This document shows positions 6,765 through 18,017 of a DNA stretch of 64,000 nucleotides, piece after piece. Numbering within the stretch: position 1 is the stretch's first letter; the number at the start of each line of letters is the position of its first letter. The DNA is from Chitinophagaceae bacterium (GTDB taxonomy: Bacteria > Bacteroidota > Bacteroidia > Chitinophagales > Chitinophagaceae): contig JAYURR010000174.1 of NCBI GenBank assembly GCA_043756605.1, forward strand, positions 4,641 through 68,640. The letters run 5' to 3'. A program made the position numbers and the translations under genes. Under the pieces are notes generated by a model. The model was not told the DNA's origin. It saw only the letters and a list, made by a program, of their open reading frames with translations, and searched no databases.

Positions 6765-9700
6765 TTATTGTTTTATCAGCTTCTCCACAATGGTTGCATC
6801 ATCTGTTTTAATGTGCAGCATGTAAGGTGCCGATGGAAGTTTATCGAGATCGTTAATGGTAAACCAGTTAAATCCTTTTAAGCCTTTAACCGATTTGCTA
6901 AATACCATACGGCCGTTGATATCAATAAACCTGAAATCAACGGGTGTATTGTGTGTAAGTGTTAAGTACACATCAATTTTACCGGTAAAAGGATTGGGTG
7001 CCACTTTAGTTACCAGTTGCATACCTGCATCAATTCTGATAATCACTATCTGGCTATATTCGAACTTGCCATCAAAATCTACAATCTTTAAGCGGTAATA
7101 ATTTACACCTTTTAGTGGTGCCGGATCTACAAGATCATAACTGGTTGCAGTATTGCTGTTGCCCTTGGCAATTACTGTTGCAAGTTTGGTAAAATTCTGT
7201 CCATCTGCACCACGCTCTACTTCAAAATGTTTGGTATTTAATTCATTGGCTGTTACCCAGTTCAAATCAACCTTTGTACCGTTTAACCGGCCGCTGAAGC
7301 TGATCAGTTTTACGGGCAGTATCTGGCTCCAGGTTACAGTTACCGTTGCAGGCGATGGATCGTATAATCCGGCTGCATCCCTTGCTGCATATTTAAATAC
7401 GGCCTGGTGTGCATCATCATCGGGATCTACCTGTAACAATGCCGGGTTAAAGTTTGTAATTACCTGGTTTAAGGTAGCCGCAATGCCATTATAGTATAAT
7501 ACAGACCTTGTTGGCAATTGGGTAATCATATATGTTTTACCACTGCCCAGTACCCCGTCTTCTGGATCGGTACCTGTTAACCCGCCTGTGATATCATATT
7601 GCACATTGGGGTCATTTCTTGCGTATGTTAAGGTTTTATCATCCGAATCGGGTAAACGTTCTATTCCAAAATTAACTGCGGTAACATTAACTGCGGCTGT
7701 AGTAACCGTAATAATACAGGTTGCTGCACCAGATTTTATACCCGTACCTGCTGCATTATTTACACCGTAGGCATCTCCGGTTGGTGCCCAGTTACCTGCA
7801 ACATAAGATGTACCTGCATCCGCCGGTGGCGAATCGCCGATGTTTACACTGATTGTACTTAAGCGCAGTGTATAATTGGTAAACATATCTGCATTGGCAA
7901 ATGAATAAGCCCCGGTACCACTAATTAAAGTTGTTCTTTGCACAACCTTACCGGTTGAATCAACCAGATATGCAAAAACCGCAGTACCGGTAATATTGCC
8001 AATTGCAGAACCGTTAACCAGGCCATCGGTTAACCCATTGGCATCATGAAACAAGGTGCCGCTGATACTGATTTTATTTTTTGCAATACCAAAATCAAAT
8101 GGTGCCAGGCAGGTTTGTGCACTGGTTGCGGTTATGGCATGTTGCAAAACCGTTGTGGTGTGGTGATAAGGTGGAACAGTTGTTGGATCAAGGCGTGTAA
8201 TATAACATATGGGGTACCTGATGAACTGAATTTTTACATTATCAATATACACCGTATCGGCATCATCTACATTATTATTGGTTAAGAAACGGATATAAGT
8301 TGTTGCTGCAGCATATTGTGTAATATCCTGGTTATAAATATTTACATAAGCGGCATCGGTTGTGCCATCGCCTGCAATTGTAAATACGGTTGCAAAAGCT
8401 GTTCCGTTTGTAGAGGCCTGCACAATCACGTCTTCACCGGCTGTTAAGGTTGCACTTTTTCTGCGGTAAGAGAAACTCATGAATGCATACGAAGCCCCTG
8501 ACAGATTTACCCTTCGGGTTGCTGATACATCATTATCTTTTAACCTGATGGCATTGGTAAAAGCTCCATCTTTATAAATTTCGGCATCTGTGTTTGCTTC
8601 GCTTTGAGCAGGGGTAACGCAAAATGCTGCATTGCCCGGGCCGGTTGAAGGGTCGCCGGCATCTACCCAATCTGTGAGCCATGCTCCAGATCCATCAGAA
8701 CCATTGTTACAGGTTCTGGCACCACCCACACCATCAAAATCATCTTCTACTGTTTTTTCGGGATAAGTTATAAACTGATAAGTACCAGACCCATCAACGG
8801 TAACCGAGTCTTTCAACTCATCCGTATCAATTACGGTATTACAGTTACCATCTACATATAAATACACTTTGCCTCCCGCAACACCGGTACCGCCGTCGTT
8901 ATTAACGCCATCGTCATTTTTATCTAAAAACACGGTACCAGCAATTACGTTTTGTGTAAATGGTGCCGGGCAAATGCTGATATCAACATAAACCGTTGCC
9001 ACATCGCACACAGTGGGCGTAGGTGTGGAGCATACATTGTACTCAAAAGTATCTTTACCGGTATAACCCGTATTAGGTGTATAAATAACCGTACCATTGG
9101 CATTTACAGATACGGTGCCATGTTTGGGCTGCAATAAAGCGGTTGTGCTTACCGAGCCGGGATCTACCACTGCAAGGAAGCCAAAATCGTTTATCAAAAT
9201 AGGTATAGTAACCGGCTGGTTAACCATTGTACGGGCATAATCGTCATTAGCAAAAATGAGTTTTTGTTTACAGAAAGGCTGAATGGTAGAACCCACATCC
9301 CAACTCGGACTACCTACAACTGCTGTAGAAGCATCTTCGCCATAAACCGCTGCCAGTTTAGCGCCGTTGCAGGTAAACACAGCTAAACCGCTCTGATCAT
9401 TATCACTGGCATCGAGTAAGCGCCTGTAATTAAGTGCATTGAGCGTATAAGATACATCATAACGCATACCGCATGGACTAAGCAAACCGGTACTGCCACT
9501 GATATTGCCATTATATTTTACATAAATGGTTGTATTAACTGTTGGTGTAACCCAAACCGGATTATCATTCCTGGTGCCATCTATAGAACCCGGGGCCCAG
9601 GCAATGGTAGCAAAGTCTGTAAGCCTGCTTTCGGCAATCAGGTTAAAAGACCAATCGTATGATGTTCCGGTGTTTCCGCCACCTCCAGGTGTGTAAGAGT

Positions 9701-12700
9701 CTAATATTTCAATAGCAGTAAAAGATTCGCCGGTTGGATTTACAAATTTGTAAGCAGCCGTTGCCGACAAAACAAGTGGAAAACGTATTACAGTTTTAGC
9801 AGGAATAGTTAAAGTGCCGTTAGATGGAATACCTGAAGACCAGTTTATATCTAAAGGCCTGTTTAAACTGTTATATAACATTACCACAGCCGTATCTTTA
9901 ATAGCGGTACTGCTTCCGGTTGTAGGTACCGGCGAGTAATAGGTATTTGAATACCAGGTGGCCGGAAATATAGGTACATCACGTGAGGAGTAATTATCAT
10001 TGCCGCCAAAATGCAGCTCTACACCAATTAATGCCGAAGCTGTAACTGTAGCACCGGATAATACACTGCCATTAACAAATAAAACCTCTCCTTCATTAAT
10101 AGTGGCCGTAGTTTCCAGTGTTCCGTTATTATCCTTATCAATTTCAACAACTGTATTATTCTGTGCTGCTCTTATAAAGAGTGATGTGTACCTGAAATCC
10201 TGGCTGGTAAAGTTCTGGCCTACCGGTATTGTAAATGATGTGCCATAATCTTTAACAGCAGATACATTGGTTTTCATACACTGTACCGCCATAATGGAGG
10301 GTTCTCCACAAACCTGTGTTACTGTTATCTGTCCGCTGGAAGTGATTTTATCTCTTCCATCGTAGAATATATTTGAAACAACCCTGGGATTGGTAGGCAT
10401 TGTATTGTCTAATACAATATTGCCACCGGCAGGGATAATATCAGAAGCATATCCCGGAACAATACCGTTGTAAGGGTTACCATCGCCCCAAACTTTGGTG
10501 GTAGCCTGTAATGGATCCAATGCATTTAGTTCATAACCATCCTCCCACTCATCCCATACTATCGTCATGCCGGGATATGGCATTTTCATACTGATAACCG
10601 TTCTTATATTATTACTTGGCGTAGCCGGACTTCCGGAACTATCCAATGCCATACGGGCTTCATTTTCTGAAAAAGGCAGATAAAACACGTGTGTCTTTGT
10701 TGCTTCCGAGCAGGGATCTATCAGCAAAGGATTTACTGTTAAGTAAATATAAGCTGTTGCACAGGCATTTGTACTATCACAAATCTGGTAAACCAGTGTA
10801 TCCTTACCTGCATAAGATCCATTGGGCAGATAAACCACTTTACCGTTTGATATAAAGCCGGTTCCGTTTCTGGGCTGTGTATTTATGGCAAGTGTAGAAA
10901 CTTTCATATTATTATTGGGATCATAATCATTACCCAAAACATCTACTATTATTGGTGCACCACCTGCCCCGGTGGCAGAATCGTTCAATGCTACCGGCGG
11001 ACAAACCGAGCATATATCAAAAGCCAGCAGATCAGAGTTTTTAATTAAATTTTCATATCCTTCCCTGGCTGTCGCCATCAGGTAATATAAATTGGTTGAG
11101 CCGGGGGTTGTCCATACATATTCATAAGTACGGGTGCAGGTAGTTGAATCTACACAGTTTACCGCATAAGTAGTACCCGGAGGATTAACTCTTAAATCCA
11201 TACCGGTAATATCGCTATAACCAAACGGTGTGGTAACTTTAGCCCTTACATAATAAGTGCTGTTTACCAATCCACTGGTTCTGATGGAGCCGGCCGGATA
11301 TGGTGCATTGTACACATTAAAACTAACAAAATCGATAAAGGTAGAAACCGGCAGCAGGCTTATCCTGGAGGGTTTGCTTGCGCTGTGGTATTCTATCTGG
11401 AACTGTACACCCGGTTGGGCAGAAGTAATATTTAATGCTACAGCCTGGCCCGATGGTACAGTTACGTCGGCACCAAGTGTACCAGTCCAGCTTAATATTT
11501 TTGTACTACTATTATATACGGGGTTGCTTAAACTTATAAAAGTTGTACTGCCGTATTTTAAACTGGCTGTTATAGCCGGATTTACCGGCATGGTACCACT
11601 GGTTACGTTAACATAAACCAGCATTTGTATGGTTTGTGCTTTAATTACCAGGTCGTTGCATAATGCCGGGCTTTGGGTAAATGTGATTGTATTTTGAGAT
11701 GCTGCTGGCTTTATGGGCACTGCTCCTAAAGCCCAGTCTGTTGATGCAGAAGTCCAGTTCATAATTGTAGTTGCTGCACCTGGCTCTGTACTTCCTGCAC
11801 CGGTAATTTCATTACCCGAACTCATATTCCATCTTTGTGTTTGCCCGGCAGTAACTGTAACTGGTTGATTTCTTATTGAAACAACATCATAAACCAGTTC
11901 CCCGCCTGCAGATGTTACATTTACGGACGGGTTTGTTGAACCTGCCTGTTGCGATGCAAATGTTCCTAGCGGAGTAGTTTGGTCTATACCGGTATAGGTT
12001 GTTACATTTACAACTGCACCCCTATCGGGAGCCGAGCTGAAATTAACAACCACATTAGCTGTGCCCGAAGGTGGATTAATCAATCGATAAAGCGCAATAC
12101 GGGCATTGCTATTTAAATTGTTTTCACCAACCAGTGTTAGTGCTGTTGCTCCATAAGTAACACTGGTAACGGTTCTGTTCTTTTGCGAAATACCCACCAG
12201 CATCAGCCTGTTGGCACCTGTACCGGTTGTATGTGCTACGGTTATTGGCATAGTGTTTCCGGTAACCGTATTTGACGCATCTATGGCAATGGGCGCCGTT
12301 GTTGATGAAATGGCATAAGAGGTAGCTGTAGTAGTAATATTAGTTGCTACCGGGTCTATCCTGTCGAGCAACATACCCGGATCGGATAAATACAGCGGCG
12401 TTTGCACCACCGATGGGTTGGCATTAACTATATGTGATGAAGTTGCAGGACCGTTACAACCAGTAGCCGAAGCCGTGATTGCCGAAGATCCAAACCAACT
12501 TGCCACCCAGGTAACCTGTCCGGTAGTTGTATTAATGGTATTACCGCCGGCTAAACTGGCAGCATCTAAACTATAAGTAATGCCTGTATTATTGGTAGCC
12601 GTAGCCGAATAAGTTATGGTTGCAGCACCCTGTGTACGCACCGATTGTATGCCCAACCCAAATACCGGAGTACCTACGGTTGGTGTAATAGTTACGGTAT

Positions 12701-15700
12701 GATTGGCTGTTCTGGGGCCATTGCAACCAGTTGCTGATGCAGTTATGATGGTACTGCCGGTCCAGTTTGCAACATAAGTCACTTCTCCGGTTGAACTGTT
12801 GATTGTATTTCCGGCAGTTATAGCAGCAGCATTCAAACTATAAGTTATACCTGTGGTATTTGTTGCACTTGCAGTATAGGTTACTGTAGCTGCTCCCTGA
12901 CAACGGGTAGATGTGGCACCCAAGGTAAATACCGGAGTACCTACAGTTGGGGTTATAGTTACCACATGTGCTGCAGAAGCAGGCCCATTACAACCTGCTG
13001 CAGAAGCTGTAATGATTGTTGTACCACTCCAGCCTGCAACATACACAACCACACCGGTTGTTGAATTGATGGTGTTACCACCTGTTATGCTGGCTGCATC
13101 AAGAGAATATGTAATAGATGTTGAATTGGAAGCTGTTGCTGTATAACCTACAAAAGCCCCTCCCTGGCAACGGGTGCTGGCAGCCCCCAATGTAAATACC
13201 GGTGTACCTACTGTTGGGGTTATGGTTACGGTATGGTTAGCTGTTGATGGGCCATTACAACCCGCTGCAGTTACTGTAATAATTGAAGTACCCGACCAGG
13301 CTGCATCATAAGTTACAGCACCGGTTGTTGCATTTATTGTATTACCGCCTGTAATACTGGCAGCATCCAGGCTATATGTTCTTGATGTACTGTTGCTTGC
13401 TGTGGCTGTATAGGTAACTGTACCTGCACCCTGGCAACGGGTGGTTGTAGCCCCCAATGTAAATACCGGAGTACCTACGGTTGGTGTTATGGTTACTGTA
13501 TGTATTGCGGTTCTTGGGCCGCTACAACCGGCGGCACTGGCAGTTATGATTGATGTACCACTCCAGCTTGCAACATAGGTTACCACACCCGTTGTTGCAT
13601 TTATACTATTACCGCCCGATATACTGGCGGCATTTAAAGTATAGGTAATTCCGGTTGTAGTTGTTGCTGTAGCATCATATTGTACTGTGCCGGCTCCCTG
13701 GCATCGGGTTGATGTTGCACCCAATGTAAATACCGGTGTACCAACCGTTGGAGTTATAGTTACTGTATGTGTTGCAGTTGATGGCCCGTTACAACCTGTG
13801 GCAGTAACTGTAACTATTGTGGTACCAACCCAGCCTGCAGCATACGTTACTGCACCGGTGGTTGTATTGATGGCATTACCACCAGTAATACTGGCAGCAT
13901 CCAGGCTGTAAGTAATACCTGTATTATTGGTGGCATTTGCAGTATAAGTAACTGTATTAGCATTCTGGCAACGGGTTGATGTAGCCCCCAAAGTAAATAC
14001 AGGTGTACCCACGGTTGGGGTAATGGTTACAGTATGTGTTGCTGTTTTGGGGCCATTACAACCTGTAGCAGTTACTGTAATGGTACTTGTTCCTGTCCAT
14101 GCAGCAACATAACTTACTTCTCCTGTTGATGAATTAATACTGTTTCCACCAGTAATACTGGAAGCATCGAGGCTATATGTTATGCCGGTGTTTGTTGTAG
14201 CTGTTGCTGTATAGGTAACATTTCCGGCTCCCTGGCAACGTGTAGATGTGGCACCAAGTGCAAATACCGGTGTACCAACTGATGCAGTTATGGTTACCAC
14301 ATGCGTTGCAGATGTTGGCCCGCTGCAACCTGCTGCTGTTGCTGTAATGGTAGTAGTACCACTCCAGCCTGCGGCATAAGTAACCGCACCGGTTGTTGTA
14401 TTGATTGAATTACCCGGGAATGCATCTGTTGTTGCATCCAGGGCATAGGTGATACCTTGATTGTTAGCTGCGGTTGCAGTATAAGTTACGGTAGCAGCTC
14501 CCTGGCAACGGGTAGATGTGGCACCCAGCGTAAATGAAGTTGCTCCCAGAATATCGTAGGTTGTAACCGTATGATTGGCCGATCTTGGCCCATTACAACC
14601 GGTTGCAGTTGCTGTAATTACTGAGGTTCCGGTCCATGCGGCAACAAAAGTAACATCACCGTTAATATTATTAATGGTATTACCACCAGCAAGGCTTGCG
14701 GCATCCAGGCTATAAACAATACCTGTGTTATTGGAAGCTGTAGCAGCATATGAAACAGTACCGGCACCAATACATCTTGATGAGGTTGACCCCAAACTAA
14801 ATACAGGGGTGCCAACACCTCCTGTAATAGTAACAATATGCGTTGCTGTTTTAGGGCCTCCACAACCGGTAGCAGTTGCAGTTATGGTAGAAGTACCAGT
14901 CCATAAAACCCAATAGGTTACTGCACCGGTAGCGGCGTTTATAGTATTGCCCCAGGTTAAACTGGTTGCATCCAGGCTGTAGGTTATTCCTGTACTATTG
15001 GAAGCTGTTGCTGTATAGGTTATAGTTCCTGCTCCAAAGCAACGGCTTGAAGTTGCTCCTAATGCAAATACGGGAGTGCCTATGGTTGCTGTAGTTGTAG
15101 CTGTATGATTAGCAGTTGTTGGCCCATTACAGCCCGAAGCTATTGCTGTAATGGTTGAACTGCCAACCCAGGCTACCGTATAATTTACCAATCCGTTTGC
15201 TGAATTGATTGTATTACCCGCAGCTAAACTGGCCGCATCTAAACTGAAAACAATGCCTGTATTATTTGATGCTGTAGCACTGTAATTAACATTTCCACCA
15301 ACCTGGCAACGTGTTGATGTGGCACCCAAGGCAAATACCGGAGTGCCTACTGCAGCTGTAATGGTTACTGTATGGTTTGATGTTCGGGGCCCGTTACAAC
15401 CTGCTGCACTGGCCGTAATGATGGTTGACCCTGTCCAGCCAGCTATATAGGTAACATCGCCGGTTGTAGCATTGATGGTATTACCACCGGTTAATGCTGC
15501 GGCATTCAATGTATAAGTTATGCTTGCTGCATAGGTTGCATTGGCAGTATAAGTAACCGTTGTAGCCCCCTGGCATCGGGTTGATGTTGCACCCAGCGTA
15601 AATACCGGATTTTGCACATCATCATTTGTTGTGGCGGTATGTGTGGCTGTTGATGGGCCGTTACAACCAGATGCTGTAGCTGTTATAATACTAACTCCAA

Positions 15701-17558
15701 CACGTCCTCCATTATAAAATACAGCACCGGTAGATGCATTTATTGTAAGCCCGGCCGCAATACTGGCTGCATCAAGGCTATAAACAATAGCTGTTGAGTT
15801 GGCCGCTGTGGCTGCATAAGTTACTGTAGCACTTGCCTTACAACGGGTAGATGTTGCGCCCAGCGTAAATACAGGTGTAGATACTGTAGGGGTAATAGTA
15901 ACGGTATGCGATGCCGTTTTAGGGCCATTACAACCTGCCGCCGAAACTGTAATTAAAGAGGTTCCGCTCCAGGTGGCTACATAAGTTACATCGCCGGTGG
16001 TTGCATTTATTGTATTGCCTGCGCCCAAACTGGTTGCATCAAGGGCATAAGAAAAACCTGTTGCATTGCTTGCAGTAGCATTATAATTTACGGTACCTGC
16101 TGCCTGGCAGCGGGAAGATATAGCTCCCAGATCAAAAGCAGGGGTGCCCACAGTAGGGGTAATGGTTACGTCATGTTCGGCAGTTAAAGGGATGCCACAA
16201 CTGGCTGCGCTGGCCGTAATGGTTGATGTACCGTTCCAGCCAGCCACATAAGTTACGGCACCGGTTGTTGCATTAATGGTGTTACCAAATGAAATACTCA
16301 ATGCATCCAAACTATAGGTAATACCTGTTGTATTGGAAGCAGTGGCTGTATAGGTTACTGTACCGGCACCCTGGCACCGGGTTGATGCAGGGCCATCATT
16401 AAATACTGGTGTAGTTGCAGGCACACTTGTTGTAGCCAGGTGATCGGCCGTTGTTGGGCCGTTACAACCTGCTGCCGCAACAGTAATTGTAGATATGGCT
16501 TCCCAATTTGCTGTATAGGTAACTGCACCTGTAGCTGCATTAATTGAATTTCCTGCCGCCTCACTTACCGCATCTAATGTATAGGTTAAACCGGTATTAT
16601 TAGAAGCAGAGGCTGTATAGGTTACTATGCCTGCGCCCTTACAACGCAAAGATGTGCCGCCCAGGCCAAATACCGGGGTACCCACATTTGGTGTAATAGT
16701 AACAGCTATGCTGCCTGCGCCTGCACTCCATGCAAAAGTTGTATTATCCCGTGAGCGTACGTAATAAGTACCTGATGTATTAACTGTATAAGATGAAGTT
16801 GAATTAGCTGTACTTGTACCCGCAGCAGTTGTTTGCCAATACCAGGTTTCGCCAACGGGTGGCGTACCTGTAAAATTCATGGTTACACCTGGCGAAGCAC
16901 ATTGTGGCGAATTGGAAGTTGGGTTGGCCGGATTAGCAGGCACAGGTACAGCGGTATTTACAGTACCATTTAAAGTAACTTCATCATTTCTCCAGTTAAC
17001 TAACAGCGCAGTATTTACATTTAATAAATAAAACCTGAACGTAACCGCACCAATATTTGTAAAACTGCCTGCTGGCAGGTTGATTACATCGGTTTGCATA
17101 ATTAATGTAACCGTATCCACAGCAATATTTGAGGTAAAATTATCAAGACTTGAACGTAAAACCCATTTGGTAACACCGCTTGCCGGGTCTCTATCATAAC
17201 GCTGGTTGAGAGACAGTTGAGTAAGTGTTAGATTATATCCTGAGGACGGCGTAACGGTAAATCCAAAGTACTCACTGGTGTTTACTGTATTGGTACCATT
17301 TGCCCAGTCCTGCGTTTCAAACTCGTTCGTCCGGGCTTTACAACTTATTCCTCCGGCAAAAACATAGTTACTAAATGTTGCATTAGCAGGCTGGGTGGTA
17401 ACAGCGGGATTTTGATGAGGGCAGGTTCCGAATCCTGTAAAGGAATAGTAACCCAACTGAGCTGTGGTTGTTAAGCTCAATGTAAACACCAAAAACCCTG
17501 TTATAAGGGCCTTTAATTGCTTTTGGAATATATTCCGGTTAGTAAAAATTGGTTTCAT
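6765..17558 (-). CDS. Giant (~3597 aa) T9SS type-A-sorted surface protein/adhesin
   Basis: Start moved to ATG 17558 ([11 protein letters not shown]...[12 protein letters not shown] signal peptide). Contains 16 Thr-rich Ig/PKD-like repeats, cadherin-like Ig domains (VALNDSA...DVLGND; ANDDYA...ILIND), an IgGFc-binding-like region, an SdrD-B-like domain and a C-terminal LPVKL...APNPFTG...KLIKQ sorting domain. Confidence 0.9.
   Translation of the reverse strand: [3597 protein letters not shown]
12420..16694 (-). repeat. 16 tandem 89-aa (267-bp) intragenic repeats
   Basis: Consensus [30 protein letters not shown]...[39 protein letters not shown].HTVTI; tgtaaataccgg recurs at 13191, 13458 and 13725 (267-bp spacing). 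Confidence 0.95.
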
Positions 17559-18017
17559 GTTGCTTTTATTTAGGATAACAGTGGATAAACTTTTATAAAC
17601 TATGTTTATAAAATCAATTTTTAAATACTTAAAAAAAATTGGTAAATAAAGCCATGCTTTTGCAGTTAGGGGCTGCACATAACCTGTAAACTTGTGTAAG
17701 TCTGGCTTCATTTTGTTTGGATATTGGTTAAATTCAAATTGTTAATAACTAACTAACTAACTGATAATCATAGCATTTAATAGATATTCTACAAAAAACA
17801 GTGTAGAATAACAACTACATAAACGTAATTATTGTGCAATTAGTATTAATACTTGGTAGTTTTTTCACTAACCCTGCATCAACATTTTAATTTTATGCCG
17901 TGGCAGATACGGTATTTTATTTTGCAGGGATTTTGCTCCTTAAAAAAACGATATCTTTTAAACAAACGGAATGGTTTAGATTTGGCTCCCGATAATTAAC
18001 GGGCTAAAAACAAACAC

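Noticed and set aside
12420-16694. Regularly spaced DNA repeats as a possible CRISPR array
   Set aside because: Contiguous 267-bp coding repeats with synonymous divergence; no unique spacers and no cas genes.
17559-17711. 51-aa N-terminal extension of the giant ORF
   Set aside because: The signal peptide begins at ATG 17558; the upstream part has no export features.
17745-17765. (taac)n microsatellite upstream of the adhesin as a phase-variation switch
   Set aside because: Only about four units, far from the start, with no demonstrable promoter overlap.
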